Shown piece after piece: positions 1 to 10,625 of a DNA stretch of 64,000 nt (position 1 is the first letter of the stretch; every line of letters begins with the position of its first letter). Source of the DNA: Blastocladiella emersonii ATCC 22665 (Eukaryota; Fungi; Blastocladiomycota); the NCBI GenBank assembly GCA_025594325.1, contig JANHCV010000008.1, positions 1,054,001 to 1,118,000 on the forward strand, read 5' to 3'. A model generated the notes under the pieces. That model was not told the origin of the DNA and did no database searches. It saw only the letters and a program-made list of their open reading frames with translations. The position numbers and the translations under genes were made by a program.

Positions 1-710
1 TTCAACGGCGGCAAGCTCAAGGTCGAGCTGCTCATCAGCGCCAAGCTCCCGGTTCCGGACCGCGTGTCGGTCGTCGTGACCTCGGTCATCGTCAACCACG
101 AGCGCGGGAACGTCGGCGACCCGATCCCGCTGCCGCTGCCGGCGTCGCTGTGCAACGCCGTCGACTCGCGCAAGGCGTCAACCAATCCGCGAGTCGCGCG
201 TCTGTTTCCGTCCGGATGCACGGCTCATTAACGACGCTAAGGGGTGTATGCTGACGGCCGGCCACTACCGAGGACTGGGCCTACTTTGGCACCCGCGCCA
301 ACCCGAACACGGGGCTCTCGTTCAAGGCCGCGGCGGGCGGACGCGCTTTCTCGCTCGCTGCCCTTGACGCGGCGACGGACACGATCAAGGGTGTCGACGC
401 GGGCGCGGCCGTCACGCTGACGGGCTACGGGATCGTGCGCGACGCGAACAGCAAGCAGTTCGAGCAGGTGCAGCAGTCGTCGACGGGCAAGCTCGTTGCG
501 TTCGAGGGCGCCGAGCACGTTCACCACCGATTTGACTGCGATTCAGGCAGCTCGGGCTCGCCGCTCGTCGTCGGCGACGTCGCCATCGGGATCCACACGA
601 ACGGCGGGTGTGACGCGCGCGACGGCGGGTCGGCCAACTACGGGTCGACGGTCGCGATGCGCGGCCTGCGCGAGGCGCTGGCCAACCCGAAGGGCGTGTG
701 CAAGGGTTAG
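1..710 (+). pseudogene. Trypsin-like (V8/lysyl-endopeptidase-type) serine protease, 5'-partial, frameshifted and internally deleted
   Basis: Frame 1 reads ..SLCNAVDSRKASTNPRVARLFPSGCT, frame 2 (from 224) reads LINDAKGCMLTAGH, frame 3 (from 270) reads EDWAYFG..TGYG..DCDSGSSGSP..AIGIHTNGGC..ALANPKGVCKG*. His, Asp and Ser motifs are all present, but the usual segment between His and Asp is missing. Confidence 0.8.
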
Positions 711-1030
711 TCGCGTCGCGTGAATTGCCAATACACACTTGTGGCTCCTCATACTTGATGTCTAACCGTCTCACTTGAGAGATACGAGGGCAATCATGTC
801 GCTGATCGTCGCTGATCGGGCGCGGTCGACTGCCGAAGCAATGGCATTTGATCACGCGTTGCGATATCACGTGAAGGCGCGGCGAGGGCGTCTCGCGCTT
901 CGCTTTTTCGTCGGCGCGCCTGACTACGTTCTTCGCGTATATCACCCATACAGCAATGAATTGCTTACGAACTTCATACAATCCATTCGCCGAAGGCAGG
1001 CCGAGTACCGAACGCGTCGCCGCTGAGGAG

Positions 1031-2402
1031 ATGGCTGAGGCCGCAGGGCCGCCGCGTGCACCGACCCCGCTTGAGGTCAACGAGTGCGTCCTAGTTGGGC
1101 TGCCCGAGTCGGTCGGCCGCGCACCCACGTCGATCACAGCGTCGGTGCGACTACTCGTGTGCACCGAGCGCCTGATCGGCAACCCGTCCGCGCTGCGCGA
1201 GCTCGTGTCCCACATCAACGGCGGCGACACGAACGAGGCCATCAACATGGTCCTCAACGGCCGCCATGCTGTGGACGAGTACTGCGCGACGTGGCACCAG
1301 CTCTCGTGTAGCGCGATTGTCGGCGTCGGCAGCCCGTGGCTCAATTCGACCGTCGAGCAGGCGATCCCGCTCATCGTCATGCTCGCGTGCATCACGGACC
1401 ACCTCGCCGCCGCGTTTGGGACCAACGTGACGCTCCCACACGGCGTGAGCAAGATCGAGTGCATGGTGGCCGTCCTGCGCGTCGATCTGGCCTCGTGGCG
1501 CAAGGCCGTCGACTGGTTCATGAAGAAGCTCGCGGAAAACCCGCGTCGCGACGGCGGTACGGCCGTCACCGAGGCGTACAAGTCGGACGACCTCAACCGG
1601 CTCCGACTCGTCGCGGACGCGGGACCCATGGCCATGCTGTGTCTCGCGATCCCCGATCCGCGGCTCAAGGCGAACCAGGGCTACCTGAACCTCGCCACGT
1701 GCCACCCGGCCGGCGCGACGCGCACGAAACCGTGCCGCGCGCTGTTCGTCCCGACCGCGTACAACTTGGACTACCGCGCCGCGACTATCAGCACGACCCT
1801 CGCCCTGCTCGCCAAGCTCAACAACTACCCATTGCGGGTCGTCGTCCTCTTCTGCCTCTCCTCTTTTGCGTCCAACGCGCACTTTGTCCTGCATCTCGGC
1901 CAGCTCGTCCTCGTCCATGCAGCGGGTACGACGACTTGCTCTCATTCTCGCTACGCACGACTCACCGCGAGCCACGTCTGTAGTGACCGTGCGGCCGCCG
2001 AGCCTCATCAACCGCGGCCCGCCCAACGACATGCGCCGCATCCTCGGCCATCTCGCGCAGACGGACGTTCTCAAGGACGAGCACGAGTGGGCGTCGACCA
2101 CGCTGCCGGCTCTTCCCGATGCAGCCCAAGCCGCGACGCTCGTCGCGCAGTGCGAGACAGAGCACCAGCTCCGTGACCTCCTGCTCGCCCGCGTCGCCGG
2201 CGCGCTGTCCGGGACCGCGCACGCTGCAGCGCGGGCTTGCGTCGAGGACACGGACCCGAGCCAGGGCGTCGTCCACTGGCCAGCCTTCAAGCGCGCCAAG
2301 GGTTCTGCGTACGGCGTCACGGCCGAGGAGCGCGCAGCGAGCACGGCCACCGACGAGGACGTTCTCGCGATGCGCGAGGCTGCGGGCGGGCTGAGCTCCT
2401 GA
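1031..2402 (+). CDS. Hypothetical protein (2 exons: 1031-1925, 1984-2402); paralog of the C-terminal part of the 32870-35551 gene
   Basis: Long GC3-biased ORF. The GTACGA..CTCAC..TAG intron at 1926-1983 joins ORF 956 in frame to ORF 1866. Motifs CTERLIGNP, LACITDHL and WRKAVDWF match the 33958 ORF. Confidence 0.75.
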
Positions 2403-2473
2403 TGACTAGATCGACGAACGAGTTATGTTTTCATTCATCATCTCTTCGCATTCAGAGCAATGATAACCTTGGG

Positions 2474-3034
2474 CTACTCGCGCATGACCGTCGCGACCAA
2501 GCGGCGCCAGAAGACGAGAAATCCGATCGCCGCGAGGAATTCGACGAACGCGTGCGTCGTGATGGCAACCGCACGTCGGAGTCCGTGCCAGACTGGTCTC
2601 GGGAGAATGACGGTTGCCGCAGGGTTGGCCGCGTAGTGGTCGGCCTGCTTCAAGAATACCCAGTGGCCGTTGTTTATGCGCACGACGTCGACGACCGCGA
2701 TCAGCTCGAGGCGTGGCCGGGTCGGACCGAAGATGAAGAGTGGCAGCGTGTGGTGCTCCTGCACGACGCGCGCGACGAGCGTGGCCGTGTAGTCGCTCAG
2801 GTTCAGGATCGTGAGCAGCTCGACGGCCGTGACGCGCGGCGAAGAGTACAATGCGCGCCACCAGCGGTACACGGCGGCGATCTCGGCGTGGCCGCGCGCC
2901 TCGAGCAGCGGGTGCGACAGCGTCGCGAGCGGGTGGTAGTAGCGCGTGACGGCGTCGAGCTGCGCGTCGTCGGTCTGTGCCGCCACGAGCTGCACGATGG
3001 CGGTCGTGAGGTCGTCCTGGTTCAGCGATTCCAT
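2474..3034 (-). CDS. NTF2/SnoaL-like fold protein (small fungal type) with hydrophobic C-terminus
   Basis: 186 aa intact ORF with the pattern YYHPLATLSHPLLEARGHAEIAAVYRWW..VVDVVRINNGHWVFLKQADHY, typical of SnoaL/NTF2-like proteins. Confidence 0.65.
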   Translation of the reverse strand: MESLNQDDLTTAIVQLVAAQTDDAQLDAVTRYYHPLATLSHPLLEARGHAEIAAVYRWWRALYSSPRVTAVELLTILNLSDYTATLVARVVQEHHTLPLFIFGPTRPRLELIAVVDVVRINNGHWVFLKQADHYAANPAATVILPRPVWHGLRRAVAITTHAFVEFLAAIGFLVFWRRLVATVMRE

Positions 3035-3174
3035 TGCATCAAGTTTCGTAGCGGTTAACGTTGGGAGGATTGGCGGCCTGGAGTCAGCGGTGACTTGGCG
3101 AAATGATCAACGCGGCGCGCGCGGTCTCACGCTTCTCCCTCCTCAGCGAACCGATGCAACCTCATGAAAACGAC

Positions 3175-5040
3175 ATGGACTTGATGCAACGTAAACTTGA
3201 CGTCAGCGAGATCATCGAGAACTTACTCTTACGCGCCGTCCGGATGCACGACCCAAACGATGCGAGGGGCCTGTGCCAGTACACGCGTGTGCTCCCCCGC
3301 AGTCGAGCCCCCGCGGTGACGCGACGTGTTCTCGAGTGTTGTCCAGCATTCAGTGTCAAAGCGGCAACAAATCGTGGCAATATTGCGCTGCTTGACTTGC
3401 GATGCGACTTCAAGCTTAATTTGGACGTCCCCGTTCATGACATCTACATGGCGCTACTGCGCGGCGACAAAGATGTTTTATCGTGGTGGCGCCAGGTGTG
3501 CATCGGCCGTACCACACGACGGTTCAAGGCTACGAAACTGACCGTCGCGCTTGACCTGTTCCTTCCGTCCGAGGCGGGAATCGCGCCAGGCGACGCGGAG
3601 CTTGCTCGGATCGCCGATGACATCCAGACCGGCCGCATGACCAAAGTTCTCATCTCGAACAAACGAATCGCGTCGAATGGCATTGCGACGCTTAACCGCG
3701 CGCTGTCGGGTCCCGATGTTCGCGTCACGTCCATCACGCTCAGGCGCTGTCACCTGAGCACATCCTCGGTGTTGCAGCTTCGTCTTTCTGGATCTCTCAT
3801 CTACCCGCTTCACTTGAGCTGGGAGCACAACAGCTCAGGGATGTCAGTGCACTTTCCCGGGCTTCGCGTGCTCAAGTTGAGTTGTTGTTCGCCGGCGATT
3901 GAGCTGCTCATTGCACTCGAAAGCCACAAGTCTACCTCGATGACGACTCTTGACCTGTCGAACAATTCGTTTTCAACGACTGCAATCATGCAGCCCGCGC
4001 TTTACTTGTCGCCTGTGCTTGAGTACCTCAATGTGAGCGAGTGTTTCCTGACCTGCGAAATTACACGGGTCATTTCTGAGCACCTGCCGACGACTCTCAC
4101 CTATTTCAACTTCCGGGACAATCGCATTGACTTGGCTGGCGCGAATGCCCTCGCCCAGCGCTTACCTCTCGTTCCAAACCTGCGCTGGTTCAGTGTGGGG
4201 CGCTGCGAGCTGAACTCGCCCGCCATCACCCTTATCGTAAAAGCTCTGCCCGTCGACATCGAAGTGCTTGATTTGGGCGACAGCGATAAATGTGAAGACG
4301 CCGCCAAGGCATTCGCCGCTCGCGGTTTCACTCGACTGACATCGCTAGACCTTATGAAATCCCGCTTCAGCGAGCGTTCCGTGCACACTCTGCTCAGTGG
4401 GTTCCCAAAGACGCTTGTGAGCCTCGATGTTTCCGGCCATCCGCTTGATTCGGAGGAACTCATGGCAATTGCGCGCGTACTCGCCGTTTCTGGCCCCGGG
4501 GCGCAATCTCTCAAGCTTTGGATCCCAATGGTGTGCGATTTGGACTTGTTCGAGTTCGCGCAAACTCTCCCGCCGAGCTTGGAAGAGATTTAGTTTGGCC
4601 AGTGCGATTCCGAGGACGGACAGTTCGTTGATTTCGTTGATGGATTCCGACCAGATGCACTTCAGCGCCTCGATTTCAGTCGCAATCACCTTTCCGAGTC
4701 GGGCCTCGAAGCGTTCGTTGAGTGGCTTCGCTCGGCTGATTCGCTTCGGGTGTTGGAGCTCGGTGGAATGATGCTTGATAGCAATGAAGGGATGGAGAGC
4801 ATTATTTCGGCGATGCCAGCTTCACTCGAGACGCTTGACGTTTCGGACAACCGCTTCGATGACGCGTTAGTGGATGCACTCGTGTCTTCTCATCTACCGG
4901 CGCTCACCAAATTGATCGTTGACCACGGCGGTCTCCGATCAAGCGAAACGCCGGCTGCAGCTATTCCTTGCGCAACGCGCTGCTGCGCTACAGCAACGGG
5001 ATGTTTGAGTGTATTGATGGTGCTTCAGTTGAGCCGGTGA
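3175..5040 (+). pseudogene. F-box-like/ankyrin-like N-terminus + RNI-type LRR protein (LRR-1) with one in-frame TAG at 4591-4593
   Basis: LxxLxLxxN repeats (LTTLDLSNN, LTYFNFRDN, LVSLDVSGH). The same frame continues after the TAG as FGQCD..LQRLDFSRNHLS..LETLDVSDNRF to TGA at 5040. Confidence 0.8.
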
Positions 5041-5383
5041 TGAGTTGTGACGAAAACGACGAGGAAGCGGCGCGCCAACGAACGTCATGTCGAGGTTTGA
5101 TTCGAATTCGAATGGAAGACTTCAACCTTCAGGATGCCTAAAGCCGGGCTCGCTGATATCGCGTTGCACCAAGTTCGAGACCTCCAAGCTAAACAGTCCG
5201 GCAACCAGCAGCGAGGACTCGTCGACCCGAAACGCGTCCCAATTCGGTCACGTGACGGGTCACCTGATTGTTCGACGCGTCTCCCACTTTCGCCCGCGGG
5301 GAGGTTCGCCCGGTCAATTCATTAATTTACGATCACACGCTCTGATCCACATGAGATGTGATCAACCCGAAAAAAAAACTACC

Positions 5384-7239
5384 ATGAACCTGATGCAATG
5401 CAAATTAGATGTCAGCGACATACTCGAGAACATTCTCGTCCGCGCCATTCGGTCGCACGACTCGCATGACGCACGCGGCCTCCTCCAGTACACCCGCGTG
5501 CTCCCGCGCGGTCGTGCCCCCAAGGTGACTTGCCTTGCGCTGCGGCTTTGCCCCACGTTCAGCGCAAGTGCAGCGACGCGGAGCGGCACGACCGCGCTCC
5601 TTGACCTACGTCGCGAACTCAACCTCGATCTAAGTATCACCCGTGATGATCTCAAAGCCGCGTTTGACCGCGGTGACGAGACGATGCTTGCATGGTGGCG
5701 CGGATCGAACTCTCCAATCATTTCGACGATGTCCTTGACATGTGAGTTGCGCACCGCCTTCGACTTCGAGCACTCCGCTGTGGCAGGCGTCGCCCCAGGT
5801 GACGCCGAGCTCGATCGCCTAACCAGCGATATCGTATGCGGTCGTCTCACCACGATCACTATCGCAAAGAAACGGATCACACCTCACGGCATTGCGACAC
5901 TCAACAACGCGCTCCTCGCGCCGGGTCAGCAGGTGACATCGATCGCTCTCAACAACTGCCACTTTAGCACGGCTTGCGCTCTCGCTTTGCGTCCTTCAGC
6001 GACGGTTGTTCTCTTGGACCTTTCTTCCAACCCGTTCCTTGGGGCGGGCGCGACGCAGATCTTCGACACGGAGCCAGCTGTGACTACACAGGCTCCGCTT
6101 GTCAGCGAACTTCTCCTTACACGTTGCCCGTCGGCTGTCAATTTCATCGCGGCTCTCAAACCCGAGCAACTGGACTCACTTGTCGCACTTGATCTCTCGC
6201 ATAATAACTTCACTATCAGTGCGATCCAGCAGCTGATGCCCTGCTTGCCTTCAACGCTCCAGCGCCTGAATTTATCGACTTGCCTTTACGGCCCAAAGGC
6301 GATCATTGGCGTAGCCGCACACTTGCCACCAACCCTTAGCGATCTCAACCTCTCTAGGTGCCGGGTAGACATGGAGGGCACGCTTGCGCTTGCGTACTCC
6401 CTCTCTCGTTTGCGCGGGCTTCGTCGGCTCATCATGGAGCACTGCAGCTTGTCCTCGGAGTATATTACTGCCATCATTAGATGTCTTCCCGGCGGTGTCG
6501 AGCACCTCAACTTTAGTCACAATTCTTTTGGATGGCAAGGGCCGAAGCGTTTGCCTCGCGTGCTTTTCCCAAGCTCTCAACCCTCGAACTCGGCAGTGCG
6601 GAAATCGATTGGGTGGCCGTGCTTGATCTGGTGGACGGTTTCTCATCGTCCTTGACCACTCTCAAACTTTGCGAGAACCCGCTTGGAGCCCAAGGGATTA
6701 TGAAGATTCTTCGCAGACTGACGTCAATCGCGCCGCACTTCGAATCCCTTGAGCTGGCTGACGCCGAGTACTTCAAAGGCTTGAACCTGACCGAATTTGC
6801 TCGCTCTCTCCCGCCGTCGATTCGCGAGCTTTCAATCGGCAACTACCGATCCTACGAAGCAGATTTTGGCGAGTTCTTTATCTTCCTCCCACCGGGTCAC
6901 CTGAAGCGTCTTATGCTCAATACCCACGAGTTCCCACGACCTGTTTTTGACGCATTTACTCAGTGGCTGAGCGCGGCCGAGTCGCTTGTCTCGCTTAGTC
7001 TCTTTTACTGCGATCTCAAGGACCAGGAGGTAGCAATCGTCATTCACAACCTCCCAGTTTTAATCGAGTTCCTCAACCTCGACGGAAACGAAGTAAGCAA
7101 TGCGACCGTCTCGATGCTGGTCGCTGGTAATTTCCCCCGACTGACCAAGGTCACACTTCCGTACTGGAACGTTTCGGATGTCGGGATGATCAAGGCGGCA
7201 CTCGAAGAGCGCGCGACGGCCAGCTCCAGTCAGCAATAA
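5384..7239 (+). pseudogene. LRR-2, tandem paralog of LRR-1, with a frameshift near 6530
   Basis: N-terminus MNLMQCKLDVSDILENILVRAIR aligns with LRR-1 MDLMQRKLDVSEIIENLLLRAVR. The LRR register switches from ORF 5087 to ORF 6532 (AEAFASRAFPKLSTLEL matches LRR-1 AKAFAARGFTRLTSLDL). Confidence 0.8.
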
Positions 7240-7625
7240 TTGAGGGTTTACAGCGAAACATTTGAATTTGAAAGTGGTTGTTATACTCTATACCATCATT
7301 GAGCCGAGGTTGCTGCGACGAGGTCACCTCGGATGGCATCCATGATTGAGTGATCCATGATTCAAGTGCTGTTGAGGGAGAGTGGACGGAATCGGAGCTC
7401 CAGACAGAGCTCCAAGTAAGCTGATATTCGTTGCGGGAGGCACTTGCAGGGAGCCCCGTCTCCGTGCGAGGCAACTGACTGGCACGCGTTGGACACATTA
7501 CATGATCTTGATACGCGTCGCGCTGCGCCACAATTCGGCTCACCCCGCCGCGCGCCCTTCGTTGGCCGAAAGCGTAGCACCCGTACACGGAGGCGTTGTT
7601 ACTTTCGAGCCAAATAGGCCGTGTA

Positions 7626-10001
7626 TTACCTTTCCTCTGCGAGCACCCTCGCGAGCCACTCAACCACCCCCTCCCCACCCGACCCCTCCCTCTCCTCGAC
7701 CAACACATCAAACGCGAGCAACGGCACCGCCACCCCCCTCTCCGCTGCAGCGTCGCACCCCCATTCGATCCACGCGTCGACCTGGGCCGGCTGCCCCGCC
7801 CAATCGCGCGCCAACCCCCATGCGATGCGGTACCACGCGTCGCGGACCTCGTCGGCGGTGAGCACGCGGCGCGCGTGCATCTTGAGCAGCACGATCCACA
7901 GGGCGCGGTAATGGTGCGCGTCGAGCGTGACGGCGAGCTGCGCGAGGAGCTTGACGGTGCGGAGCAGGACGGCGCGGCCGGGCGGGTGGGCGGCGAGGAG
8001 CCAGTGGACGGCGGACGGGTGGACCTCGGGTACGGGTTCGGCAGTGTCGTCATCGCGGCGCCTTGCCCACCACCGCGAGTTGCGCCTCCCCGCCTCCCTC
8101 GCCGCCAGCACCGGCGCCGCGACGTCGGCGACAAACACGTTCCAGACATCCTCGAACCCGCGCTCGCGGACCTGGTCCGTCTGGAACCTCGAGGTATACC
8201 TCGCCGTCGCCCACGTCCTCGCGTGGACCGCGTACGCCATCATGAGCAGCGCGGGCGTCTCGCGGGACGTCTTGCCGTGCTGGCGCATGGCGCGGACGAG
8301 CCGCTCGGCGCGCGTGACGTGGCCGCGGCGCGCGTAGCTGCGCAGGAGCAGGTTGCACGCGACGGGGAGGACCGAGGTCGGGGACGAGGCGAGCAGGTGG
8401 TCGAGGATCGCGTGCGCGGTCGGCCAGTCTTCGCGCGCCGCGGGCGCGGCGACGGGGTCAGGGCGAGTGGTGGAGGTGGTGGTGAGGTCAACGGCGATGG
8501 AGTCGGGCGGCGGCACGTCCGGCTCGCCCGCGCCGGCGGCGCCCGCGGCGCTCGGCGCGGCGAGACACGCGTGGACGAGCCAGTAGCTGACAAACGGGCC
8601 GGGCGCGACGCCCGACCGCTCCTGCACACTCGCGAGGATCGCGGGCACGTGCGCGACGGACGGCGCGTGCATGAGCATCAGCCGCAGCGTGTGCGCGTCG
8701 GGCCGCGCGATGAGCGTGTCGAGGAGGTAGTGCGCTTTCGTGCGCTGGCCCGACCGCAGGTAGCCCTCGAGGACGGCGTTGAGGAACCGCGGGGTCCAGT
8801 CGAGCCCGCGCGCCGCGTCGACGAGGCGGTCGGCGAGCGCGCCCCAGTGCGCGGTCGGGGAGAGCGGGTCGGGCGCGGCGCGGGAGCCGGAGAGCGTGCG
8901 GTCGGGGGTGCGGACGACGCGCTCGAGGAGGAGCGTCAGGACGACCAGGTTGCGCGCGAACAGCGGGTGGATCGGGATCAGCGGTTTCGGGTCCGCGCCA
9001 CCCCCAACTGCGCCGGTCGCGGGCGCCGGGTCAACTGCAGCGGCGGCGCGCGCGCTCTCGATAAACGTCCGCGCCGCCAACACCTCGCGCGGCACCCCCG
9101 CGGTCCCGTCGCCGAGGTACACCGCCACGAGGTCCGCGGCATCGACCCAGGGGCACCGCGCGAGCGCGATCCACGTGGCCGCGTTCCACCGCCGCAGCGG
9201 GACGTGCGCGAGCAGCGCCGCGACGGCGGCCGGGTTCGGCGCGCAGACGGGCGGCCGGTTTGCGAGCGTGCGGGGCGGCGGGTCGGGTCCCATGACGGCG
9301 AGCAGGACGGCGTTGAGGTCGGCGGGCGAGACGGGGACCGCGGGCCACGGGAACCCGGCGATCGCGGCGGTCACGCGCGCGTTGGGCGAGGGGAACGCGC
9401 GGATGGTTGCGTGCACGCGGGCGACGAGGAGCGGCGGGGAGTGCGACGCGGTGACGACCGGGTGCGACAGCAGGCGGCGCGCGAGGTGCGGGTCTCCGTC
9501 CCCCGAAACGGCAAAGGCGGTGAGGAAGGGCAGGACGTGCGCGTCGATCCAGCTCTCGGCGGCGCGGCGCGGCAGACCGGCGTGCGCGAGCACGTCGAGC
9601 GCGGGCGCGAGGTGGCCGGCGGCGGCGAGCCGCGTCGCGGCGTCCGTTTCCGGGAAAGTGGCGTGGCGGCGGCGCAGCCAGCGGTACAGGGTATAGAGGG
9701 CGGGTATCTCGTCTGTGTCGTTGTTGCCGCTTCGTGGCCGTGGCGGGCGCGGCGGGATGTCGGGATCGGCGGCGGCAGCGGCGGCGAGGGCGGCGGCGAA
9801 GAGTGGCTGGTCGCGCACGGCGCCAAGAACGGCGAGGGTCAGCGCGACGGCCCGCTGGTGGTCCGCGACGTCGGGCTGCAGCGACGAGGCGTGCAGGCAT
9901 CGTTCTCGCAAAAGTGGTGGTGGCGGGCGTGGCAGCGGGGCGAGCGTGGATCGCCTCGCCGCGGCGGCTGCGAACAGTCGTCGCGCCGAGGAGAGATGCA
10001 T
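7626..10001 (-). CDS. Pentatricopeptide-repeat (PPR) protein, probably mitochondrial
   Basis: Arg/Ala/Ser-rich presequence MHLSSARRLFAAAAARRS. PPR-like helices: FLNAVLEGYLRSGQRTKAHYLLDTL and ACNLLLRSYARRGHVTRAERLVRAMRQHG. Strong GC3 bias. Confidence 0.75.
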   Translation of the reverse strand: MHLSSARRLFAAAAARRSTLAPLPRPPPPLLRERCLHASSLQPDVADHQRAVALTLAVLGAVRDQPLFAAALAAAAAADPDIPPRPPRPRSGNNDTDEIPALYTLYRWLRRRHATFPETDAATRLAAAGHLAPALDVLAHAGLPRRAAESWIDAHVLPFLTAFAVSGDGDPHLARRLLSHPVVTASHSPPLLVARVHATIRAFPSPNARVTAAIAGFPWPAVPVSPADLNAVLLAVMGPDPPPRTLANRPPVCAPNPAAVAALLAHVPLRRWNAATWIALARCPWVDAADLVAVYLGDGTAGVPREVLAARTFIESARAAAAVDPAPATGAVGGGADPKPLIPIHPLFARNLVVLTLLLERVVRTPDRTLSGSRAAPDPLSPTAHWGALADRLVDAARGLDWTPRFLNAVLEGYLRSGQRTKAHYLLDTLIARPDAHTLRLMLMHAPSVAHVPAILASVQERSGVAPGPFVSYWLVHACLAAPSAAGAAGAGEPDVPPPDSIAVDLTTTSTTRPDPVAAPAAREDWPTAHAILDHLLASSPTSVLPVACNLLLRSYARRGHVTRAERLVRAMRQHGKTSRETPALLMMAYAVHARTWATARYTSRFQTDQVRERGFEDVWNVFVADVAAPVLAAREAGRRNSRWWARRRDDDTAEPVPEVHPSAVHWLLAAHPPGRAVLLRTVKLLAQLAVTLDAHHYRALWIVLLKMHARRVLTADEVRDAWYRIAWGLARDWAGQPAQVDAWIEWGCDAAAERGVAVPLLAFDVLVEEREGSGGEGVVEWLARVLAEER

Positions 10002-10625
10002 GGCAGAGTGTGGTATATCGTTGCGTGCGTGAGGGATGATTCGCGGAGACGACGACGAACAGCACGTCGTTTGGATCGGCCATTCGGCGTCACCTGACCG
10101 CACGCCACGCGCCATGAAACCCATCCCGATACGCGGATGGCCGCCGAATACGTCAGCCCGGGCTGCCGCTGATTAATAATAGGAGCCGCCTGTAACGCAG
10201 CGCGCTGGCTTGCCGTGTCTTGGCTGCGGTCGCGGCGGTGGGGCCTGCGACTTGTTCGGATGCGCAGCTCGCCGATGGCAGAACCCTTGCCGATGGAGAG
10301 TTCTTCCTTCTCTCTCCCCCTGGACCACCCATCGCAGACAATCAAGCGGCAACAGTAGAGGCAGTAGAGTCGTCACCATCGCCGCGAGCAACGGACCCGG
10401 GAGACAGAGACATCGCGTCACGTTTCCCCTCCATCGCCGCGTCGCCGCCATCCCCGCCGCCGACCCGCCGCCGACCCTCGTACCGCAACGTATCACCGCC
10501 CGCCGCAACTGCGTGCACTGCGCCCGTCGTGCCACGCGCCGTCCATCGCGCGACCCGACTCGCTCGACTGCCACGCACTGCACTGCGCGCGCCGCGCCAC
10601 TCGCCCCATCAACCATCACCCGCCG

